A stretch of DNA of 64,000 nucleotides from a virus. Its lineage: Duplodnaviria > Caudoviricetes. This document shows positions 1 to 8,027 of the stretch, piece after piece (within the stretch, counting starts at the first letter, position 1; each line of letters begins with the position of its first letter). The stretch lies in IMG/VR virus record IMGVR_UViG_3300021364_000005; one strand, given 5' to 3'. The notes beneath the pieces were generated by a model. That model searched no databases and was not told the DNA's origin. It saw only the letters and a program-made list of their open reading frames with translations. The position numbers and the translations under genes are program-made.

Positions 1-839
1 CATTCTAAAAAATTAGATCTCTTTGCAACATAATGGGAATGAAAATAACAACAAGGCCATAATTTTCCTACTTCGTCGATATACAAATACCCGTCTGCTA
101 CAGTTCTACAATTGATTTCTTGTAAAGCATATGTTTGTTTTTGATATTGATTTATTTTTGTTTTATCTGCTGTAGTAGCAGGAGCAAGATTTACAATGTT
201 TTTTGATTTATTAATTTTATTTTTATATGCTGTTGGAAGAACTTTTACATCTGGTAATACCCATCTTGTACTCGCTATACTTTCAAATTTTTTAAATCCT
301 AAACTATTAGCTAATATTTCAGCTTCCTTAACTTGATGTTCATTGTGTTTAAATTTAATAAATTTCCAAGTTGCAAAACCTCCAGCTTTTATAAAAACTT
401 TTGCATTACTTATAATTTTATCATAATCTGTGTTTATCCTATATAAATGATTTGTGTCATCTAACCCATCTATACTAAATGTTACATTTATGTTTTTGTG
501 TTTTCCTATGTTGTGCCAAAATTCATAATTTTTTGCACTACCGTTTGTGTGTATGTTTACTTCTTTGTATTTTTTTGCTGCAAATATAATAATTCTTTCT
601 GCATCAGGATGAGCAATTATATCTCCTACAGTGCCGCAAAAATCTGCACTAATATGTGTTGTATGATTTAATAATTGTTCGCTTATAGATACAAATTTTT
701 CGTAACTTAGATTTTTTAATTCTATATTGTCACTAAGTTTACTTGTGCCATAATTATGTCTGGCACACAGCGGACAACCTGCATTACAATAGCTAGTTAT
801 TCCAAACTCAATCTGTGTTATATTGTCTAATGAAATCAT
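1..839 (-). CDS. Radical SAM protein with C-terminal SPASM/twitch-like region (partial, runs off left edge)
   Basis: Not in the ORF track. Manual translation from ATG at 839: MISLDNITQIEFGITSYCNAGCPLCARH (CxxxCxxC)...FCGTVGD...HTNGS...FSIDGL...GKLWPCCY. Same family as the 54440 and 57766 ORFs. Confidence 0.85.
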   Translation of the reverse strand, partial: MISLDNITQIEFGITSYCNAGCPLCARHNYGTSKLSDNIELKNLSYEKFVSISEQLLNHTTHISADFCGTVGDIIAHPDAERIIIFAAKKYKEVNIHTNGSAKNYEFWHNIGKHKNINVTFSIDGLDDTNHLYRINTDYDKIISNAKVFIKAGGFATWKFIKFKHNEHQVKEAEILANSLGFKKFESIASTRWVLPDVKVLPTAYKNKINKSKNIVNLAPATTADKTKINQYQKQTYALQEINCRTVADGYLYIDEVGKLWPCCYFHSHYVAKRSNFLE

Positions 840-1386
840 TTATATCTACAGTGCTATAATTACTATTATTTAATTCGGGCGGATGAAACGAGTTTTCATG
901 CACAACTCTTACATATTGTATATTAGAATTTTCATTAATTACAACTCTTGTTTGCCGTAGCCAGTTTCCATAGTACGTTGCGGATGCATCGGGAGGTTTA
1001 TAATTTTTTGTTCCTGCAAATATGTTGTTTATTTTATTGTTTATTCCTTGATAGTCAAAACCTAAAATATATATTTTTTCGTGTTTATGTTGACTTGCAA
1101 GCCATAAAGATGTAGGCCCACTTGACCAACCTTTGCTAGGTTCAAAATAATTTAATTTTTTAAATTCGCTGTATCTTTTATTGTAATTTGTATAGACTTT
1201 GTTTTCAAGATGAAATCCGTTGTTACAAATTTCTAAAACCATTTTAGGATCTACAGCAACTAGATAATGCGGTTTAAACGATCTGTACACAGCATTGCAA
1301 GCGTATACTGTGCCTATTTGTTTTAGTTTTTCAAGATCAATAGGAGTACGACTCGTACCGTTTCCTACCACGAAACCTATGCTCAT
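808..1386 (-). CDS. MptE-like/DUF115 (Maf/sialyltransferase-like fold) protein
   Basis: Motifs GNGxSR, YACNAVYR, LVAVD, SSGPTS and IYILGFDY, typical of this family. Confidence 0.55.
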   Translation of the reverse strand: MSIGFVVGNGTSRTPIDLEKLKQIGTVYACNAVYRSFKPHYLVAVDPKMVLEICNNGFHLENKVYTNYNKRYSEFKKLNYFEPSKGWSSGPTSLWLASQHKHEKIYILGFDYQGINNKINNIFAGTKNYKPPDASATYYGNWLRQTRVVINENSNIQYVRVVHENSFHPPELNNSNYSTVDINDFIRQYNTD

Positions 1387-1402
1387 ATTGTAATTATTTT
1401 TT

Positions 1403-1409
1403 TATTTAA
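1403..1409 (-). promoter_or_regulatory. Putative late promoter variant (TTAAATA)
   Basis: One mismatch to the T4 late box; lies 17 nt upstream of the 1386 ATG. Confidence 0.35.
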
Positions 1410-1651
1410 ACAGCAGCTTCAGCATTGGCACTAATGCCATACATCTGTCTTACAAAATCAAGTTCTTTTGATTTTTCTTCGTTATGGAATTCGCTTGCTT
1501 TGCGAATTTTGTTTATTTGTTTTAATGAAAGTCTTGTTTTACGTGAATCGTCATAATCAAGAGATGTTTCATCGTCTTTGAGATCGACGCTTTTGTCCTC
1601 AATTGGCTCTAATGTTTCTTTATCAAAGTAATATAGTTCACGTAGTATCAT
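1406..1651 (-). CDS. Small hypothetical protein, possibly head-associated
   Basis: 81-aa ORF directly downstream of the portal, behind a TATAAATA box. Confidence 0.6.
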   Translation of the reverse strand: MILRELYYFDKETLEPIEDKSVDLKDDETSLDYDDSRKTRLSLKQINKIRKASEFHNEEKSKELDFVRQMYGISANAEAAV

Positions 1652-1656
1652 ATAGT

Positions 1657-1664
1657 TATTTATA
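1657..1664 (-). promoter_or_regulatory. T4-type late promoter TATAAATA
   Basis: Exact gp55 consensus overlapping the portal stop codon, just upstream of the 1651 ATG. Confidence 0.6.
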
Positions 1665-3402
1665 CCGTTTGGTCAGTTGTTTCGGGTGCAGGTGTAGCTT
1701 CGCCGCCAGTTACAGTTTCAGGAGCAGCTCCTTCTCCGCCGTCCATGCCGCCTTCTGCATCTGGAATTTCTTCTTCGCCGGCGCCTATATCTGCACCTAT
1801 ACCTGCGCTGCTTATTCCAGCACCGCGCATTTCACCAGCTGCATCTGTTTCTGGTAACTCTAGATTTTCATCGTTTTCTTCACGCCACAAACGTTCGTTT
1901 TCGGCTATTTCTTGATCTGTCATTCCTAAGAATCGTTTCATTGCAAAACGATTTGATATAAATGGAATAGCACTCATTGTTTGGAATGTTGGTATACGTG
2001 CATTATCTACTTCACTTTGTCTATATGCTGCAAAGTTTTGTGGAGGCTGGAATTTTAAATCAAACATTGCTGTATCAATGTTTGCACCTTTTTCTAGTAG
2101 ATAACGTTTAAATTCTTGATTGAATTCTTCTGCAACTAGTCCTTGAAGTCTTTTACAGTATTCATTAAATCTAAGTTCCTGTATGTAAGCTGTGCCGACT
2201 CGTCCGTCATTATACTGCGAATTTGCATCGTCAGCGCCTGTAGGCAAGTAACTACTAGGAATTCGTAAACCACGTACGAGCTTATTAGTAAAATATCTAA
2301 GATCATCAATTTCGCCAAGATTTGTTCCTCCAGGTAATGTTTCTACTTTTGAGCCGCGGCCTTCAGCTGTTTGTGGGAAAAAGTAATCTTCGTTGATTGA
2401 TAGCGGATTATAACTTGAGTCTATGACATTAGTGCCGCCGCCTGTCTTGGATGGGATTCGTCTTTGATGTATTTCCGTTTTTACACGCTCCACAAATTGC
2501 ATAGCAAGGTGTGAAGGCATATTGCCCACATCAACGTAGAATACTCTTCTTTCTGGTGCTCTTTGAACACGGTAGATAATTATTGCATCTTCAAGCAATT
2601 CTTTTTGTTTGAATACTTTAAATATCGTTTCTAATAGAGAATTACCAAAAGGAAAATTGTTATCTAGTCCTTCTGATAAACTTAAATGTATTACGTGTTC
2701 TGCATTTACTGCTATTTCTCCATCAGCTTCGTGGAACCTACTTCCTGCCTGCTTAGGATAATTGCCTACCATTCCTCTAACACCGCCTTGAATATAACCG
2801 TCGCCGCCGCCAGTTACATTTCCATTTGTTTGGAATGGTGTTGTAGCAACCATATCCTTAAAGTTGATGTTAAAGTCTTTAATTATATATTGTTCAGGTC
2901 GTTTGCCTTCTGACTCATTAACAACAATACGTAAAACATTTGCAGGGTCAACATAAAACCACTTTTTTGTTTCCGGATCTCTAATAAAAAATGCATCGCC
3001 ATATTTAAAAATGTTACGCATAATACGGAACAGTCTTGTTTCAAAACTTTGTAGTTTGTTCCACTGTTTTAGATACTGTTCTAAAATTGTAATTTCTGTA
3101 TTTGTTGCTTTTGTATTAAAATTTAGTTGAAAACTTAAATTTGTTTCTCCGTGTTTTTGACTACAAAATTCAGCTAAAATGTCTAATGCTGCATTTACTT
3201 CTGAATCTAAATCCATAGTATTATACTGTCCGTATCTTTCAACACGGTTAGGTGATCCAGTGTATACATCTGGCAAATACGAAGAATAATTTGATCTTGC
3301 TGGTCCTGGTTGGCTGCCATTGCGAGGACTACCTAACGGACCATAAGATCCATCGCCGCCATTTCCTGTTGGTACTGGAGTAAAATATTTCTTCCAACTC
3401 AT
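1660..3402 (-). CDS. gp20: Portal vertex protein (T4 gp20-like)
   Basis: Hallmark motifs EDAIIIYRVQRAPERRVFYVDVGNMP, EDYFFP, GRGSKVETLPGG; acidic C-terminal tail. Confidence 0.93.
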   Translation of the reverse strand: MSWKKYFTPVPTGNGGDGSYGPLGSPRNGSQPGPARSNYSSYLPDVYTGSPNRVERYGQYNTMDLDSEVNAALDILAEFCSQKHGETNLSFQLNFNTKATNTEITILEQYLKQWNKLQSFETRLFRIMRNIFKYGDAFFIRDPETKKWFYVDPANVLRIVVNESEGKRPEQYIIKDFNINFKDMVATTPFQTNGNVTGGGDGYIQGGVRGMVGNYPKQAGSRFHEADGEIAVNAEHVIHLSLSEGLDNNFPFGNSLLETIFKVFKQKELLEDAIIIYRVQRAPERRVFYVDVGNMPSHLAMQFVERVKTEIHQRRIPSKTGGGTNVIDSSYNPLSINEDYFFPQTAEGRGSKVETLPGGTNLGEIDDLRYFTNKLVRGLRIPSSYLPTGADDANSQYNDGRVGTAYIQELRFNEYCKRLQGLVAEEFNQEFKRYLLEKGANIDTAMFDLKFQPPQNFAAYRQSEVDNARIPTFQTMSAIPFISNRFAMKRFLGMTDQEIAENERLWREENDENLELPETDAAGEMRGAGISSAGIGADIGAGEEEIPDAEGGMDGGEGAAPETVTGGEATPAPETTDQTV

Positions 3403-6400
3403 TTATAGACCCCTTTGAAGATCACCATTTTTAAGAGCTTTTGCACTATCTTTATGATAATCTCTACTTTCTTGTAATACTGTTAATATGCTTCTCAATG
3501 TAGTATTTAACCGATCTGCTGTTTCTGAGCTCATTCCTGAACCACCACTGTTACCTATAACATCTGCTGCTGCAACACCAGTTCCGCCTCCAAGCACTCC
3601 TTTGTTATCTTCTGACAATACATCATTTAAGTCACCTAAAACATCAACTAAACGTTCCATCGCTGTAGCATAATTGTTTAAGTTTTCAGCATTAAGACTA
3701 TTTAATAATGATAACTTTGACTCAAAGCCTGTTACATCACCAACAGCTTGCATTCCAACTGCAACATCGTTAAACTTAGCTGCGGAATTTAAAATTAAAT
3801 CTAATTGTTCACTAGCACTATCACTGCCAAAAATAGATGAAAAAATACTAGTATCCTGAGTAGTTCCGCTTAATTCAGCTGCTTTGTCTTGTAACCTTTT
3901 TAGTCCGTCTAAGAATGGAATAACTGTATTATCAATTACCTGTTCCATTCCGTCTAAGCCGCCTGACTTGTCGGTTCCTTCCGTAAAATCATTCCAGAAC
4001 TGCGGCATTAATGTTTTCATTATTTCCCCAGCTTCGAATGCTATATTGTCTAATGATTTTAAATCAAGATTACCGCCAATTGAAACATTTGAAAGAGCAG
4101 ACATTGCTTCTGTAAATGCAATAACTCCTTCAGCAGCAGTTTTTACACCAACTACATCAATTGTATGTTTTGCAAATTCTTGTATGTCTTTAAAAGGAAT
4201 CGGATCTTTTTCAGCACCAAAGAAACCTAATACTGCATCAGCAACTGCTCCTACAACAGACCCTGCTCCTGATTTAGCAGAAGCAACGCCTGCTGCACCC
4301 ATTGCATTACTAAATGCTACTAAAGCTTCTGCATTTGCTTTTACCTTTGTTGCATCAACTGTATACGAAGCAAATTTTACAACATCTTCCATTGGGTTAG
4401 ATTTTTCACCAAACAATGAAGCTAAGCCGCCAGCAATACCACTTACTAATGAATTTAATCCTGCTGTTTTTTGATCTCCTGATGAAGCAGCCATTGCAGA
4501 TTGGAATGCAATTAAAGCTTCTGAATTAGATTTTACTCTAGCTACATCAACATCGTACCCGGCAAAGCGTACAAGTTTATCGATAGGATCTTCACCGCCA
4601 AATAATTTACCAAGACCTTCAGTAATACCTCCTATCATAGAGCCTATGCCACTAGCAGCCGTCCCGGCTGCACTAGCTGCCATTGCATCGCTAAATGCTA
4701 CCATCGCTTCTGCATTTGATTTTACTTTTGGTGCGTCAATATCTGCTTGACTAAATCTTACAAGTTTATCGATAGGATCTTCTGCACCAAATAACTTGCC
4801 TATTCCTTCAGTGATACCTCCTATCATTGATCCTAAACCAGCAACTGCTGTTCCTGCACCAAATGCAGCCATTGCTAGGCTAAGATCTATCATTCCACTG
4901 GCTGCTGCACTTAATGCTGCTCCGTCTAATTCTTCAAATGATTTTAATCCCTCAGTAAAGGTAGGAAGTGCTTTACCAGTTAACCAAGCAGCGGCTGCTA
5001 TACCCGCACCTATTACAGTTATTGTTCCTGCAAGTATAGTTGCACCTACAAGTACTTGAGGATTTGCAAATGCTTTTAAGCCGGCAGCAGCACCTTTCAT
5101 AACACCTGCACCCATTTGTCCTACAAAGTTACCTATACCCTTACCTGCATTTCCTGCCATTTTAGCTGCACCAGCACCTGATTTACCACCCCCTTTAGAT
5201 GTAGGTGCAGTAGGCGATGCTCCGCCGCCGCCAAATAGTTTTCCTGCAACACCCGAAACAGTATTTGTAATAGTAGATTTAAATGCGCCTGCTAAAGCAC
5301 CTACAACTGCTTTTGCTGCAAACAGTGCTGCTATACCTCCAACAACTGCTGCGATTGTTCCCGGATTTTCAAATATAGCTTTTACACCGTCTAATAGAAC
5401 TCCGCCTAAAGCACTAAAAATTTCACCATCTGCAAGTTTTTGGGCAAAGTTTCCTAGATAATCAATTACATTTACTAGTATATCCCCGAACTTTACAAGG
5501 GCTGTGCCTATAGCATCTGCAAGTCCGCTACGAATAAATGCATCTTCTAGCTTAGTTCTTACATTTAATAGATTTTGACTAAACTCTGAAAGACCTTTTG
5601 TAACGTCACTTCTTTTTTGTTGTTCTACTTGAGCTGCATTTGCATCTGCAAGACGTTGAGTATATGTTCTTGCTTTAGCAACACTATCCATAAACTCACT
5701 AAATCCTGCTTGTCCTTGTAATTGCTGAACACCTGCTGCACCTAGATTATCTGCAAAGGCAACAATCTGAGGGGCTAGAGCTTTTAGTCTACGTTGATAT
5801 TCTTCTTGGCTTATTTCGCCTCTTGCATTTGCTTCTGCAAGGTCGCTTAATCCTGGAACAACTGCTGCTAGTCGTCTACCAAAATCACTTTGTGCTACAC
5901 CATCGCCTAGATCGGTCATTACATCTGCCATACCTTGGCCAAGCATACTAGATGTATGCTGTGTGTTAAGTGTAAAGTTTTCAAGAGCATCGCCTTGAAG
6001 CCGGGCAGCTAAAACGTTAAAGTTTGCTGCTTGCATACGCCCATTAATTTCTTCTTGAATTTGTTTACGACTTTGACCAGTAACTTTTGCTAGTCTATCA
6101 ACTTCTGTAAGATAATTTTGAGCGCCTGCTATAAGCTCTCTATCTGACTGTCCTCTTAATTTTCCTGACATTGCTTGCAAATTAATAAAACTTGCAAAGC
6201 CTTCGTTTACACCTTCTATTGTAAAGCCCATAGACAATAAGCCATTTTCTTGACTTCGTAGTGTCTTAGATAGTTTACCAAATCTTGCTGCACCATCACT
6301 TGTTGTTGCACCTAAAAGACCCATACTAGATGCATTTGTTGCAACAATTTCAGCAAACTGTTCTAAACTTAATCCAGATTGTGCTGCTGCTTGACGCATT

Positions 6401-6870
6401 GCAAGCATATTATTTCCAAACGCCGCACCAGAATCTGATAATTGTCTAAATGTATCTAAACTTGATTGGAAATAATCATTCAGAACTCCTAAACTTCCTC
6501 CTATTAACGGAATGTGTTGTGTAAAGTCTGTAAGTTCTGTACTGCCTCTTAGTAGTTCTTTACCGAAATTAGTTGCTGTGCCTGCTGCAAATCCTAACAC
6601 TTTACCAAAATTTTCAAGCGTAAATGCTTTTTTAAGAGTATTTCCAACATCTTCCATTATTGTAGTTGTTTTTTCAATTTCATCTGAAAATGATGTAAAT
6701 TGCTCTTTGGTCTTTTTTGCTTGTTTGCTTAAATCTTCTAAATTCTTTTTACCTTTAGCATCTAATCCTTTGGTTTTTTCTAGAGCAGAAACAAGGCGTT
6801 GCAGTGTTACTTCACTAGCAACGCCATCTTTACCAACGTTGGATATAATTACTTCGTCTTGATCAGCCAT
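3403..6870 (-). CDS. Tail tape measure protein
   Basis: 1155 aa, Ala/Gly-rich amphipathic helical composition with internal ~63-aa repeats; lies next to the gp26-like gene. Confidence 0.75.
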   Translation of the reverse strand: MADQDEVIISNVGKDGVASEVTLQRLVSALEKTKGLDAKGKKNLEDLSKQAKKTKEQFTSFSDEIEKTTTIMEDVGNTLKKAFTLENFGKVLGFAAGTATNFGKELLRGSTELTDFTQHIPLIGGSLGVLNDYFQSSLDTFRQLSDSGAAFGNNMLAMRQAAAQSGLSLEQFAEIVATNASSMGLLGATTSDGAARFGKLSKTLRSQENGLLSMGFTIEGVNEGFASFINLQAMSGKLRGQSDRELIAGAQNYLTEVDRLAKVTGQSRKQIQEEINGRMQAANFNVLAARLQGDALENFTLNTQHTSSMLGQGMADVMTDLGDGVAQSDFGRRLAAVVPGLSDLAEANARGEISQEEYQRRLKALAPQIVAFADNLGAAGVQQLQGQAGFSEFMDSVAKARTYTQRLADANAAQVEQQKRSDVTKGLSEFSQNLLNVRTKLEDAFIRSGLADAIGTALVKFGDILVNVIDYLGNFAQKLADGEIFSALGGVLLDGVKAIFENPGTIAAVVGGIAALFAAKAVVGALAGAFKSTITNTVSGVAGKLFGGGGASPTAPTSKGGGKSGAGAAKMAGNAGKGIGNFVGQMGAGVMKGAAAGLKAFANPQVLVGATILAGTITVIGAGIAAAAWLTGKALPTFTEGLKSFEELDGAALSAAASGMIDLSLAMAAFGAGTAVAGLGSMIGGITEGIGKLFGAEDPIDKLVRFSQADIDAPKVKSNAEAMVAFSDAMAASAAGTAASGIGSMIGGITEGLGKLFGGEDPIDKLVRFAGYDVDVARVKSNSEALIAFQSAMAASSGDQKTAGLNSLVSGIAGGLASLFGEKSNPMEDVVKFASYTVDATKVKANAEALVAFSNAMGAAGVASAKSGAGSVVGAVADAVLGFFGAEKDPIPFKDIQEFAKHTIDVVGVKTAAEGVIAFTEAMSALSNVSIGGNLDLKSLDNIAFEAGEIMKTLMPQFWNDFTEGTDKSGGLDGMEQVIDNTVIPFLDGLKRLQDKAAELSGTTQDTSIFSSIFGSDSASEQLDLILNSAAKFNDVAVGMQAVGDVTGFESKLSLLNSLNAENLNNYATAMERLVDVLGDLNDVLSEDNKGVLGGGTGVAAADVIGNSGGSGMSSETADRLNTTLRSILTVLQESRDYHKDSAKALKNGDLQRGL
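4090..4860 (-). repeat. Four ~63-65-aa tandem repeats within the tape measure
   Basis: GS..GG...G...LFG..DP...V.F.......VK.NAEA..AF..AM recurs four times. An exact 24-nt repeat sits at 4570 and 4759 (189 nt = 63 codons apart). Confidence 0.85.
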
Positions 6871-6896
6871 ATATTAGTTTACCAGTTATATACGCA

Positions 6897-6904
6897 TATA
6901 AATA
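6897..6904 (+). promoter_or_regulatory. T4-type late promoter TATAAATA
   Basis: Exact consensus upstream of the gp26-like gene. Confidence 0.65.
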
Positions 6905-6928
6905 AATTAGATACATACTTGTATAATG

Positions 6929-6935
6929 TATTTAT
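6929..6935 (-). promoter_or_regulatory. Late promoter core ATAAATA for tape measure/portal transcript
   Basis: CATAAATAC on the minus strand, ~60 nt upstream of the tape measure ATG. Confidence 0.45.
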
Positions 6936-7812
6936 GCGGAGTAAAAAGGTGGAAAATACAAATCAAAATCCTTTAGGCAAGTACTTTAGACAGCCTAAAA
7001 TATATATCAAGCTACCAAGTGGTGGAAGATTCTATCCTGACGGAGCTCTTGAAGTTACAGATACTGGAGAATACCCTGTATTTGCAATGACTGCAAAAGA
7101 TGAACTGTCAATGAAAACACCAGATGCTTTGCTTAACGGTCAGGCTACAGTTGATGTAATACAAAGTTGTGTGCCGAATATTAGAAATGCATGGATGATG
7201 CCTAGTATCGACTTAGATTCAGTCCTTACTGCAATTAGAATTGCAACTTACGGTGAAACAATGGATCTTACAATAACTGTTCCTAATACAGAAATGGAAA
7301 CAACTTATCAAGTTGATTTGCGTCAAGTAATGGATACTTTTAATGGTATAGATTACGATTCTACAGTACATATTAATGATATGTCTATACATATCAAACC
7401 GTTAACCTATCAACAGTTTACACAAAATGCAATTAAATCATTTGAAGAACAAAGAGTGTTTGCTATTGTTAACGATGAAACTATGTCTGATGAAAAGAAA
7501 ATTGAAATGTTTTCTAAAAGTTTCCAAAAACTTACAGCTTTAACTGTAAATGTTGTTGCTCAAAGTATAGAAAAAATTCAAGTTGAAGAACAAACTGTTG
7601 TAAATCCTATGCATATCATGGAATTTATAAACAATGCTGATAAAAAATTCTATAATGCAATAATGGATCATATGGAACTTCAAAAATCTAAATTTGAACT
7701 TAAACCTATGACTATAGAAGCAACAGATGAGCAAATATCTGCAGGAGCACCTAAAACTTTTGATGTTCCTATTGTGTTGGATGCAGCAAATTTTTTCGTA
7801 TCAGGATCTTAA
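6934..7812 (+). CDS. Baseplate hub/tail assembly protein, T4 gp26-like
   Basis: NPLGKYFRQPKIYIKLPSGG, DALLNGQA...VIQSC, DLDSVLTAIRIATYGE motifs. True start is probably ATG 6934 or GTG 6949, not 6799. Confidence 0.7.
   Translation: MRSKKVENTNQNPLGKYFRQPKIYIKLPSGGRFYPDGALEVTDTGEYPVFAMTAKDELSMKTPDALLNGQATVDVIQSCVPNIRNAWMMPSIDLDSVLTAIRIATYGETMDLTITVPNTEMETTYQVDLRQVMDTFNGIDYDSTVHINDMSIHIKPLTYQQFTQNAIKSFEEQRVFAIVNDETMSDEKKIEMFSKSFQKLTALTVNVVAQSIEKIQVEEQTVVNPMHIMEFINNADKKFYNAIMDHMELQKSKFELKPMTIEATDEQISAGAPKTFDVPIVLDAANFFVSGS
7788..7797 (+). promoter_or_regulatory. Putative programmed -1 ribosomal frameshift site (overlapping A AAT TTT and T TTT TTC heptamers)
   Basis: Both heptamers fit X XXY YYZ in the zero frame, a few codons before the stop. 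The -1 frame is open from 7764 to 8027. Confidence 0.7.
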
Positions 7813-7850
7813 CCTGGCCGGTTGACCGTATCCTTAACGAAGTTAAGGAA

Positions 7851-8027
7851 ATGGAAAATCAAGTAAAGAACATTAAGTTAGAAACTTTTAGACTTGCTTG
7901 GCTAATGCGTGGAGGCATGACACTAGATGAAGCGTTTGCGTTAGGGTCCGAAGAAAGAGATATAGTGTCAACACTAGTTAAAGAAAATTTTGAAATAACT
8001 AAAAAAACGCAAATGCCTTACTTTTAA
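7851..8027 (+). CDS. 58-aa ORF (gp51-like/tail assembly chaperone 'T' segment), probably the C-terminus of a frameshift product
   Basis: Not in the ORF track. Translates MENQVKNIKLETFRLAWLMRGGMTLDEAFALGSEERDIVSTLVKENFEITKKTQMPYF; the frame is open upstream to the slippery site. Confidence 0.7.
   Translation: MENQVKNIKLETFRLAWLMRGGMTLDEAFALGSEERDIVSTLVKENFEITKKTQMPYF

Noticed and set aside
3488-6862. Plus-strand ORFs inside the tape measure (e.g. 3884..4474, 6512..6862)
   Set aside because: Antisense shadows caused by Ala/Gly codon bias; similar shadows occur over 8217-9176, 23096-24019 and 45489-46854.
6799-6933. N-terminal extension of the gp26-like ORF to 6799
   Set aside because: Overlaps the divergent tape measure start and lies upstream of the late promoter at 6897.
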